This document shows positions 12,439-23,424 of a stretch of DNA of 64,000 bases, one piece after another. Under the pieces are notes generated by a model. It did not search any database. It was not told the origin of the DNA and worked only from the letters and a program-made list of their open reading frames with translations. The DNA is taken from NCBI GenBank assembly GCA_038496445.1, contig JALMLS010000275.1, positions 1-64,000 of the forward strand. Direction: 5' to 3'. Numbering within the stretch: position 1 is the stretch's first letter; every line of letters begins with the position of its first letter. Source of the DNA: Trichosphaerium sp. ATCC 40318 (Eukaryota > Protista > Tubulinea). Position numbers and translations under genes: made by a program.

Positions 12439-13830
12439 CTGAAGAAGAAGCAATTGCAAATCAAGGCGCTCTATCTGTAACAACAAAAGCATCCATTTTT
12501 GGGCCTGACACACGGAAAAAGAGTTTGACTGGCGATGGAGAAGCTCAATCTATCACTCTAGTACCACAAACAGCAGATGGTACAGTGTTTATAAATCAAG
12601 GCTTCTTGCTAATAAAAAAAATAGGTGAAGCGATTTCATTGCAAGAAAAACACTTAAACGTACTTATTACAGGACCAAAAGGTGTATCTACAGAGGTATT
12701 CGATAACGGTGATGACTCATGGAACGTTGAGTTTGAGGTACTTCAAAATTAATCAAACAGTCTCTACTCATCTAACAATATTGCAAAGGCACCAAAGACA
12801 GAAGGCGCATACAATCTTGTTTGCACATATCAAGGAAAGCCTTTATACGATCCAATACCTCTTGCTATTGGACCATCCAACCTACACCATCAGACAAGTT
12901 GTATTGTTTAATTGAAGGAACCAATCCCATTCATGATATTGATCGCGTTGCGTACACGATCACATTCAAAGAAGAAGTAAAGGAAGAAGATATTTCAGTA
13001 ACACTAGCAGCAGGTTCGTTCAATTTTTCTTTTTTTATTTGCTGAATACTCGTGTTGTTTACATGTTCCCTTAGGCGACATTAAAGTCATTGTTGAGCTT
13101 TATCCTATTGAAGCAGAAGACTTGGATGATGGCGTTGCAGTGTACGATGTAGAGTTTGAACTAAAAGGAGAAGGATCGTACACCATGGATTTTGTAGTTC
13201 GCGGTGAAGCAGTTGATGCATCTTCAATTAAGTTCATCACCAAAGGTTACAAAGAAAACGGCGAAGAGTAAGTAATCCACGAAATTAACAAGTACTAAGA
13301 GTATTGTAGAGCAAAACCTGGAGTAGTAACTCCAGAGGTTGATGTTAAAGCAGAAGAAACAGCAGATGAAGAATCTGCTCCTGCTGAAGAAAACGTAGCA
13401 GAGGAAGAAGATGAGGAAGAAAAACGTGCAGAAGCAGAAGCTGAAGCTGCACGTAAAGCAAAAGAAGAGGAAGATCAGAAGATTGCTGAGGAAGAAGCTG
13501 CACGTAAAGCTGCAGAAGACGAAGCTGCACGTAAGGCTGCAGAAGAAGAGGCTGCAACAAAAGCCGCTGAGGAAGAAGCTGCACAAAAAGCAGAGCAAGA
13601 ACGCATTGCAAAGATAGGAAGTAAGAAATGGCCTTGTTTTAGTGTCACGTTCAATAACAAAAACGGTACGATTCCTCAACAGATTCCTCCTTTTTAATAC
13701 TTTTTAAGGCGATGTTGTTAAAGTTCCAAAGCAATCAATATGAACTAGTGTCGATGGTCCTCTTTCACCTGAAACATGTGTATTTGAGAATGGTAATGGG
13801 ACATATGATGTTGAGTGGTGTCCAAAAGTA
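12439..13830 (+). pseudogene. Captured filamin/Ig-repeat gene fragment with EEEAARKAAE charged repeat
   Basis: VLITGPKG..EVFDNGDDSWNVEFE..PKTEGAYNLVCTYQGKPL; PETCVFENGNGTYDVEWCPK; E/A/K repeat at 13370-13616; resembles the repeats of the host gene at 32139-36679. Confidence 0.75.
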
Positions 13831-14919
13831 CGATCTTGTGGATTTTTCTGTTTTGCTCTTATCTAATGATAAGTACCACGACAGCGTTTTTTTACCGGCA
13901 TTAGGTCCTACATTGAACAAGGATCAAATCCAAAAACTTGTTTTGTACCTACAGGGCAAGTGCTTTAAATCTTTAATATCACCACTGACTTAGCGTAGGC
14001 GTAGGTTATTGCTTTGATAATACACTATAGTAAGACGCTAACACCCAATTCGCGTACGATGCTCAAAAGTTTTTTTTGTCACGTGATTAACTCGTCAAAA
14101 ATAAATAGCTAAGGCAGCAAAATTATATCTGCTGCAATATCCGATTTAAAAGATAATTACGGACTACGTGAAGCAACAGATGTTTTGTTCACTGGAAGTA
14201 GTGCTGGAGGCATTGGTAACAAAAAAAAGCAGTTGAACATACGCAAGAGGTCTTATATTTTGTCTGACTGAAACTTTAAGGCCTTCTTCCAACGCTGATA
14301 GAGTGGCTGAAATGCTTCCTACCAGTAAAGTTACTGTACTTGGTAAGTATCAAGACAAAAGTGGAATAATGCTAACACCTACTTCTAACAATCAACATTT
14401 GATTCCAGATGGTTCTTAGATTTCAAGCCTTACAAGGATCTTGTAAAGATGTTCCTGATTGTACAAAACAACAGGGTATATCTCGAGGATACAAGATATG
14501 GGAGCCTATCGTTAACAAAGGTAAACGAAAACAAGTACTTTTTTTCCTTTCCTAGTTTACATAAGGATGTTCTGCTTCAATGCCACCTGGTAAGCTATAT
14601 CAATGTACTCTTGGATACCACGCTTTCCCATTCATTAAAACTGATACTTTCATATTCCAATACCAGTACGTAATGTTACTTATCAGGGATTTGTGTGGTT
14701 AATATATTACTAATGTTGTTGGTGCTAAGATGGGTCATGATGACATTCATGAAGCCCCAAAATCTGGAGTGGAATTAATATATGCTCAAAAAGCAGCGAA
14801 AAACTTGATTGAAACATTTAGAAGCAGTGGAGCCAAAGGTGTCTTCAGGTAAACGTTTCTGTGATTGCTACTGTTCGAAAAACTAAACGTGTTTGTATGC
14901 ATTTTTTTAACTCACATTC

Positions 14920-15455
14920 AACGAAAAGGAAGTTCCTGAACTCAAAACCGCTCACATACAGGGATGTACACAACAAGGAGATTGGCAGGATAAGAGGTGA
15001 TCGCCCCACATGGACCATTAGAGGTAAGAAAGAGCTCCAATGGCATTAGAGCTCAAAAATGCCCTGTTCTACACTTACATCATTAACAAATGAGCTAACC
15101 GGTTATTACGCAGACGCTCAACCTAAGCCTCAGAGCTTTAAAGTGCCAGAAAACGATAAATGCGACGGCCTCAAGCACAAGAGGTCGCAACCCACACTTT
15201 CAGAGTTTCTCAGTGCTAAGAAACAGCGCCTATTGAAGGCAGCCGAAAAGAAGAAAGCAACAGCGGCGCTGCAAGTGTTGGAGGTACGCCACAGTGTCAG
15301 TCAGAGGTTGTTATCAACTCTAACCAATGTGCACACATGATCACACATCTATATTTGATCGCCTACCGCGGTCGTTAGTTGTTATGTTAGTGCTCACGAT
15401 GACCCCCTGTTTAGATCTAAACAATCAATTACTTATTTTTTTATTGAATAAATTC
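14920..15455 (+). other. GC-richer unidentified insert in a PAE intron, possibly a retroelement 3' fragment
   Basis: Intronless ~130-codon reading with one stop, QPTLSEFL motif, AATAAA near 15447; composition differs from the flanks. Confidence 0.3.
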
Positions 15456-15839
15456 ATTTATTTTTTTATTTTTAGAGCACGATGTAAGGCTTAGCAGTTG
15501 GTATCAGAAGGGGCGAGGCATGAGCATTAATACACTAGCATTTTGTGCCATTTCACAGGGTGTCAGCGCTTGCAAGCCTGTTATAAAGTACGTTGATGGC
15601 TAACACACCACATTCACAAAGCAATACTAATTTAGCGTACTAGTTTTTAAACATGCTCCAAAGCGAGTTGCCGGATAACATGCAAGATCACACCATAGGA
15701 ATGCTCTCAAGCCAAGAAAGCAAGCAAGCTTTCGCATATTTGCTGGAAGGTTTCCTAAACTGACAATTCGCCCTTTTGCACAGTACACATTCTCTGACAA
15801 GCTACAATATTTGTTTGTTGTAACATTACCAGTTGTTTA

Positions 15840-17060
15840 GATCCACGGCCTTCTTTCCTGATATTTTGATGAACGCTGGGTATGTAGAATTACAAGACAT
15901 TAACAGCAATGTAATTGTTCTCACAGAGTCCAAGTTTCACAAGGAGTGCAGCTCCTTCCTAAAGTACACTTTTTGTTTAAATTAAAATGTTTTATTCAGG
16001 TGAAGCCGCTACCTGTGCTACAGACTTTGCCTGCCTATCTCATTGGGGTCAGAACGATGCAGTAAAATCACAACAAAGCGGTACAGCTCAGAAGTCCTGC
16101 TAGGGACTTAAACGTTGATTGTGCTGCGTATTCTTAGACGCTATGGTTCAAGTTGCACAACAATGGTGACAACTCCAGGCTCTGATAATAGGTCGGGTAC
16201 GTATTATATTAGTACTACATTTGCCATTACAGTTTAAGTACATGATTGTTAACAACAAGTGCTAGAAACCATTCAGGTTGTTGGGCACATCTTCAATCGA
16301 TTCAAAATCTATCTACGGTGTGTCATGTATTATATAGAGTGCTGACAATTTGTTTGTACACATGCGTCTGGATATTGCTTTCAAAACTTCAAAGCGTTTT
16401 TGTGTGGGCAAACAAGCTTTCAAACAGCAATGAATATTAGATGACTGCTTTGGTATTGCGGAAGTGCCTGTAGGTTCCTTTTTTTTTTGTGCGAACAACC
16501 GTTATCGCTTACTTGTTGCTGATCTGCACCTCCTCTCTTTAGACAGTTATAAAAGGTACAGCAATTGGCCTCAAAAGACTTACAACATACAAAGGAAAGG
16601 TAACCAAACAAACCTTTTCAAGTCGTATTTAAGAATTCCAAGTTGAAGACTGACTTTTTACACAATAGCAATACAGAGTTTTGCCTACTTTGACAGAAAG
16701 AGAAGCACGTGATGCACTTTGCCACGATATCGCAAGAGGATCAGCCAGAACGCTCAAGTAAGAGAATAAGACCTTTTTTAGTCAATAGTATTCTACCTTT
16801 GACCGCCTATAGAAAATCGCTATTGGTAAAGGTGGTATACTACACTACGATAGCTGTGTATCATTCTGCGATGCTAGGTATCCAAAACAACGTTCAATCA
16901 AGGTGAGGAAACAGAGGTTACTTACAATTGAGCGTACCCGGATTAGCAGAAAAAAGACCATCTCTACTTTATGGCGACATACAAGATATAAAATTTTGCA
17001 CGTGTGGTACCCTTAGATTCTTTGTTGGATTTGACGATTATGTGATCATTTTTTTAATTA
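15840..17060 (+). pseudogene. Unidentified degraded multi-exon cargo fragment
   Basis: Regular GT..AG intron-like spacing with broken reading frames; no family recognised. Confidence 0.3.
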
Positions 17061-17370
17061 ATTGTCTGTCGTTTGCATTGTTAAGGCCATAGATTATGAC
17101 CATTGTAATGTAAGTGACAAACTGGCAATTATTACGACTAAATGCCTCAAAAAATTCCAGCAGTGCCAAATGTTTGAAATGCCTTTAAAAAATGGCGTTA
17201 TGCCGGTGTGTTGTGCCTACCAAAAATAGACATTGCCTGTGTTGATAAATGCCTCAAAAATAAACGGCATTGCCATATGCAAATGCATAGTTTTTGCCAT
17301 CTTGTGCCCAATAGTATAAAAATGCCTACTTTTTTAGGGCATTGCCCGGCTTAGTTTCAGCCCTGTTTTT

Positions 17371-17900
17371 GTTTACATTTGTGACCTTTAATTTTGCTCA
17401 TGTCCTTTTTTGCAGTGATCAAATAACCTTAAAAGAACAGATCATACTTGCTGTAAGTGCATTGAATGGATATAGCATGAAACCTAAAAGAAGAGTTAGC
17501 GCCGGCTTGGTTTCTTGTACACAAAATAAATAGTTGTACAAAAATTGTTGTTTTGTTGTGATGGCAGCGCTGAGAGTAACAAATGACCTGCACGGTGAAG
17601 CCAAACCAAGACTAAAACAAAGAAATGAAAATAGCTACCAACCTCATCGGAAACGAGTTCTAGCGGAATAGTACCTGGTTGGGCGGCTAACACGTTTTGT
17701 TTTTTTTATATCACCTATTGAGCCTGTAAAACCTATGGCAAACAGCTTTAAAACAACTACTTTCTAGCATACCTTGTGTTGTGTGGGCGATAAACTGGTC
17801 AAGACTTAGTTTTATGCCCTGGCTTAGCCAATTAGTTTACAATATCACTCGTAAGGTCAACGCATGGGTGCAGAGCCTAAATGCTATCTGTTCCGGCAAA
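17371..17900 (+). mobile_element. Highly degenerate piggyBac-like transposase remnant, probable insertion site of the 16-kb element
   Basis: ITLKEQIIL..MKPKRRVSAGL and VWAINWSRLSFMPWL loosely match the DE..KP.K.G and DN.F motifs of DDE_Tnp_1_7. Confidence 0.3.
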
Positions 17901-18342
17901 TGCGGGCGTTTAGTAGGAAAAAAACCAAAAAAATCCAAAAAAAAACAAAAAACTCGAAAAATGGGTAGGCTCTGAAACAACTTTGCCTTATAACACTAAT
18001 CGCGCGGTTTAACACACATTGGGGCATATATCAAGAATGTCAAAAAAAAATAAATAATTTTGCTCCTGATTTGGTAAATGAGGCTGTATGGCGTTGATTG
18101 AGTGTAAAAATGCCTATGGAGGGGAGAAAAAAATGAGAGCCGGAGAAAAAAACCTCCAATTGGAGGTTTTTTGCGAATGGGCATTTTTCGAGCGCTAAAC
18201 GCGTTTTTGGTGTGTCTACCACTGTAACGTTCTAACATGGGGTACGCGGAGTGGTTTCTTCCTCAAATACCATTAATCGGAGAAAGTTGGCCAATTTATC
18301 CCTAAAACGCCCGTAATTGGGGCGCGTTACCAGATTTCTCTT

Positions 18343-19377
18343 CAGGGCTGAAACTCAACAAGGCATTTTTGGACAATGCCTAGGCATTTTCATCAAATAA
18401 TGCCTTATTTTTTACAAAAATGCCTAATTTTTGCCTCATTCAAAAAGGCAAATACAGGGCAATGCCTTATTTTTTGCTCCAAAAATGCCTCATATTTGAT
18501 GAAAAATGCTTGCATCTGGTACACAAGATTGCAATGGTTTTGCTTGCATATTTTAAGGAATTATGCCTTCAAATTAGGGCATAACTCATGCATCAATGCC
18601 TTATTTTGAAGGCAAAAAGAAAGCATTGTCATAGTCTACAGTGCCTAATAAACCAGGGTATTTTCAGGTAATAACACAACTATTTATTTTATAATACAGT
18701 ACACATACAATACACAAAACTCCTAAGTCCACATTTGAAAAAACCTTAAAGAAAATATGAGATGGTGTAGAAAAAAAAAAAAAAAACTTACCTTGTAGTG
18801 TTAGAATTCCGCGGTCCTGGAAATATCGCGGAGTTCACTCCTACTACTGTTGTAGGTGAAATAGGGTGCTGCGGTTCGTTTGGGGGTAGTTTCGTCTAAT
18901 TTCATAAATTACTAAGATTGCTAGGTGCCTATCTATATAAAACGTCAGTAGGTGATGTGAAAAAAAAAGTGGAAAAGTTGTTTGACTGTTACTTACCTTA
19001 AAACACTTCCTTAAAGTGATCAGTCCTATGATATAGTATAGGCAATGCCTTATATATGAATTAAAATACAAGGCATATATTGCTTAAAAAAATAAGGCAT
19101 AATAAAGGCATAAAGTACTTGCAATACAGGGCATTACTTGATTTTATGCAATGCCAAAAAATGCAATACAAGGCATTACCTGATTTTATGCAATGCCAAA
19201 AGATGCCCAAAAATGCCTGGTATTAATGCCTTTTTGATGAAAGCATTGCCTTTTTGTAAAAATGCCTTACTTTATTGGGCATTGCCAAATGCAAATGCCT
19301 TGATTTTGCCATCTAATGCCAAATGTTAGGAATATGCATCATTTTTTAAGGCAATGCCTAGCTGAGTTTCAGCCCTG
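18343..19377. mobile_element. Full-length 1035-bp MITE, copy 2
   Basis: 15-bp perfect TIR CAGGGCTGAAACTCA; first ~275 bp nearly identical to 1066-1340; no matching TSD. Confidence 0.9.
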
Positions 19378-19512
19378 TATGCGTTTTCTGGTTCGTTTTA
19401 GTTGTTTCTGTTAGCTCTTAAAATTTTAAAACTACGCATTCTGAGCCAATAGTAACCACAACAATCTGTGTAAACCTTTTCACTGCTGATTGTTATCTTC
19501 AAGTTGGTATAG
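19378..19512 (-). repeat. Dispersed repeat, inverted copy of 50706-50834
   Basis: Direct reverse-complement match. Confidence 0.85.
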
Positions 19513-19713
19513 GGACGATTTTTGTAAGCAGTTCACACTTTCAAAAAAAGTTTAGCACACCTCAAAAACGTTATTTATGTCCAATTTTTTGGTATACTTC
19601 AGAACACATATGTGTGTATAATTTAGTTAACCAGAACTTGCTGGTAATTAATAGTGTGCTTCAATCAACTATTTCATTGAAATTAAAACTGAGTTTTTTC
19701 TGCTTGGGATCAT

Positions 19714-21902
19714 CAGTAGTAAATTAAAAACGGGATTTTCCTCTGGAATCCTGTTAAATTCCATGTTTTTTAAGGATTTTAATGGAATTGTGGAAAAAAT
19801 CCCTAAGCAATCTGAATTTTCAATAGGATTTTTGATGGGATTTCTGCTATATTCCATTAAAATAAGGAATTCCTTGGGATTTGTAAAAAAATCTCAAACA
19901 ACAATATTGGCAAATGTTGGCAGCATATCAACGGGAATACTTGAAGGGATTTTTAACGGAATTCCATATGGATTTTGTAGGGAATTCCCTTGGGATTTTT
20001 AATGGAATTCCATAGGGATTTTTAATGGAATTCTGTATGGATTTTGTGAGAATTCCTTTGAAAAATATTTTTGGTGAAAATTCATTATTTCGACAACTAT
20101 CAAAGCCTTACCTAACCAAGTTTTTTTTAGTAAACCACATCGTCACCCTTTTATTGTGTAGAAAACCAATGGATACAACGAAAAGACATTAAATCAAAAA
20201 GTAAGCGAGATAGGTATTTTGGTGATTTTCGTTAGCAGCGACATTTCTATATCGCTTACTAATCCGTTTTGAGGCTTTTAAAGCATTTTAATGGCCTTTA
20301 CACACCACTAGGACACGCATTTAGGGCATTAATCTCAAGTACGTTGTTTTTGAAGGTTATTTCCATTTAATTTATCAAAAAACTACTCTTTTCTTATTTT
20401 AGCTTCTACGAATGCATTATTGGCAGTTTATGATCACGATACCAGGTGCGATAAAATTCTTGGCCAAAGATTGAAAAGATTTGATGAGTTTGACCTGTAT
20501 GCGATAGCGTGTGGAACATTTGCGTTTTGTAACTAAATTATCATTGGTAAATAAAACGAATTTTGTGCTACAAGACTTGATGTAAATATTGTAAAGTATT
20601 TCGAGGTAATTTGTTTGGAATTTCATAAGAAATCCATTGGGAATTCCGTTGTTAATCCTTATGGAATTCCGTCATTAATCCTTAAGGAATTCCGTCCGGA
20701 TTCTTTAAGGAATTCCATTCGGATTCCATAGGGAATTCTGTTCGGATTCCATAGGAATAAAGGAAGAGATTTTCCGCTTATAAATCCTTTGGATTTTCAG
20801 GTCTAAAAATATATACCAGTTTTTTTGGTATATACCACTTTTATACCACTTTTTTATACCAGTTTTTTATGGTATATACCAAAAAAAGTGGTATATTTTG
20901 ACCGAAATATACCAAAAAAAGTGGTATATTGACCAAATATACCAACAATATACCAAAAAAAACAGGTATAAAAGCAGAAAATATACCACTTTTTTTCACC
21001 AGAAAAAAAAAAATATACCACTTTTTTATACCACTTTTTTTAGGTATATACCAGTTATATACCACTTTTTTATACCAGTTTTTCATGGTATATACCACTC
21101 TTATATACCACTTTATGCCTACTTATGGTACACCTGCAATTCCAGAAAATACACTTTATTTAATACACAGTTTGTGAGTTACAAGTTTTGGACAATGTCC
21201 ACTACAGTTACATTACTATGGGCGTCTGGAAAATTCGTCCATCTCCATGAGCTTGCTGTACCTACTGTAAAAACATGCTGCGCACCTAATGAAAGTGGTT
21301 CCATCTGAATCCATCAATTACTAAGGCCTATGGAGGGCAGTTAATGTATATCAAACGAAAATAAAATAAAACTTTGTCTGGTACCCACGAACGTCTGTAT
21401 AATACCTGCAATATAGTTTCCTCAATGTTGGTATTGGAATCAGGTCCTGCGGTTCGAATGAGCTTGGTTTGGTTAGATTCTATGATATACTAAGGTCCCT
21501 ACGCACCGTTCAATGTATGACGTCTATGATCGTTCAACAAGAAAACTCATTACCAAAAAGCTCCTTAATGACCTTCTTGAAGCATACCATAAAAGTGGTA
21601 TATACCAATAAAAAGGTGGTATATACCACATACCATAAAAAAGTGGTATATACCACTTTATATACCATTTTTAGAAGGTCTCATTATGTGAATGAAAAGT
21701 GGTATATACCACTTCCATATACCACTTTTTTATTCACTTAATTTCTAAAAAAAGTGGTATTTTAAAATGGTATATACCAGTTCATATACCATTTTGTTGA
21801 AAAAAGTGGTATATACCATAAAAAAACTGGTATATACCACTTTAATTTTTAGACCTGTTTAAGACGGAATCCCTTAAAAACCCCAATTTAAATTTACCAC
21901 TG
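19714..21902. mobile_element. Non-autonomous CAG...CTG element with GGAATTCC/GGGATTTT subterminal repeats
   Basis: Imperfect TIR CAGTAGTAAATTAAAAACGGG versus reverse complement CAGTGGTAAATTTAAATTGGG; repeat arrays at 19730-20060 and 20630-20790. Confidence 0.7.
20798..21857. mobile_element. Nested MITE with GTGGTATATACCAC palindromic repeats
   Basis: Perfect 13-bp TIR CAGGTCTAAAAAT / ATTTTTAGACCTG; TTT on both flanks. Confidence 0.85.
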
Positions 21903-22855
21903 TTCAATGTACCACATAAAGCTATCGTCACCTGTCTCTATACCTGATTGATGTAAAATGGTCATTCTTTTGAACAATCATTCTAACCCACAGATACCTT
22001 TTTCAAATCTTTTCTTCTGCTGGCAGTTGCTCAATAAATCATTGTGTACCTATGTGCAATTATAGCGTATTTGATAATTTAGGTATCAAAACACAGAGTT
22101 TCTTTCAAAGAAATTGATGAACATAATATTTAAATGAAAATGTCAAAAAACTCACTCTTGCTCGAGTACTTTATTGCATCAGATAGCCACAAAGCTGTAT
22201 ATGTATTTTACCACTTTTGGAGTTTTAGAGACAGATCTTAGTTTTTACATGGAGATGCTGCAAGATTTTCCAAAACCTGGTTCAAAGAAACTGTGTCACT
22301 ACACTCCATCAACTATTGCTATAAATTACACTGTGCAATACCACACATGTTGACTATCACTATGAAAAGTGTGGGATGGTCAATTAGCTCTTGAGGTATT
22401 TAAATCCAAAAATCGCTTAATGGTCCACTAGTACAGAATATTGGAATTTATCAATTACACAAGGCTCGACAAGCTTAAAACTAATGTAAATACATTAAAA
22501 ATAGCATTAGACAACACTTCAGTAATTTAAACGCTTGTCAAAGCTTGTGTAATTGCTAATTTTGGGAACTCGCTTTTTCTTTATTCTTTACACCACAAAC
22601 TAACGTTTTCAGCGTTTCTAGCGCAATAAACGTCGTTTAAAGGTACTTTGTATACACTTGTTCATATTTTGGTACCATAATCCTTGTTTTACACTATAAC
22701 GCTTCTATTGCTGTTTAAGCACCGCTTATAACTGATTAATGTGTTTGTGAGCAATGAAGCTCAGCGGACGCTTTTTTAGTTAAGTCTTAAAAAAAAACGC
22801 CAAAAAACAAGTAGAAAAGTAAATAAATTATTCCACATTTAGAACGTAACAATAG

Positions 22856-23170
22856 AGCCTTGTATTATCTGGATGGTTTGCATCTTGAGGATAATAAAAG
22901 GTGCTCATTTATGACGGTACAAACAGTATTGTACCGGCGTTTGATAAGCAAGGTAGTTTGTTACTTAAGGTAGTTTCCAGTGTAACAACTTCGGTGAGTA
23001 GCAGTTCAATCAATGCCAGATTACGATAGAAAAAGTTTGTTTAATGTAATTTATTGATTTGTACAAGAGATCAATCCAATAAATGGGAGGGGTTTCTGGC
23101 TATGTTGATCCAAATAGGGTCGCAACCGAGCGAGACGGAGTCTCTCCTCCAATCTGGTAGTGTTGGACTA
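22856..23170 (-). repeat. Dispersed repeat, inverted match to 50458-50664 (the 50-kb copy is internally deleted)
   Basis: Reverse-complement identity; the shared end reads TAGTCCAACACTACC. Confidence 0.8.
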
Positions 23171-23424
23171 ACAAGAACAAGTGAATCTAACTGGCTAAGT
23201 GCTACCATTTCGCTCGCATTTTATCTTGATGAATTTTAACAAATTCTAGGCGATTAGAACAATGCAATGTATTGTAAATAATCGCCATGGAGAGAAGGAC
23301 CAAAGTCATTTTAAACACATAATTAACCTTCATTGAAACCAGTTGAAAAACGGTGTAAAGCTGTCTTTAATTTTGCCAAAAGAATCTGCTGATATGTTTT
23401 ATTTGTGAGATAATACTACTACAT

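Larger units (their letters stand above)
12170..15590 (+). pseudogene. Captured, interrupted pectinacetylesterase/Notum-family gene
   Basis: DPGAVCNDGSQAG (12205-12243); KLVLYLQG-GVGYCFD; LKDNYGLREATDVLFTGSSAGGIG (14147-14216); split by a filamin fragment and a second insert. Confidence 0.75.
1066..17365 (-). mobile_element. 16.3-kb EnSpm/CMC-like DNA transposon with accessory genes and captured host fragments
   Basis: Perfect 13-bp TIRs CAGGGCTGAAACT (1066-1078) and AGTTTCAGCCCTG (17353-17365); TTTTT at 1061-1065 and 17366-17370; AATGCC-rich subterminal repeats at both ends; internal DDE transposase. Confidence 0.85.

Noticed and set aside
13224-13679. Hydrophobic minus-strand ORFs
   Set aside because: Antisense shadows of the EEEAARK repeat.
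14861-15340. Fanzor/TnpB nuclease with guide RNA
   Set aside because: No RuvC motifs or CxxC zinc ribbon recognisable here or elsewhere in the window.
1066-17365. Polinton, virophage or endogenous virus
   Set aside because: No pPolB, capsid, packaging ATPase or retroviral-type integrase motifs; genes are intron-rich.
20800-21850. ORFs and array-like pattern in the GGTATATACC repeats
   Set aside because: Low-complexity translations of MITE repeats.
21903-22440. ULP1 protease remnant (LWLSDAI on the minus strand)
   Set aside because: Single short motif among many stops; insufficient support.
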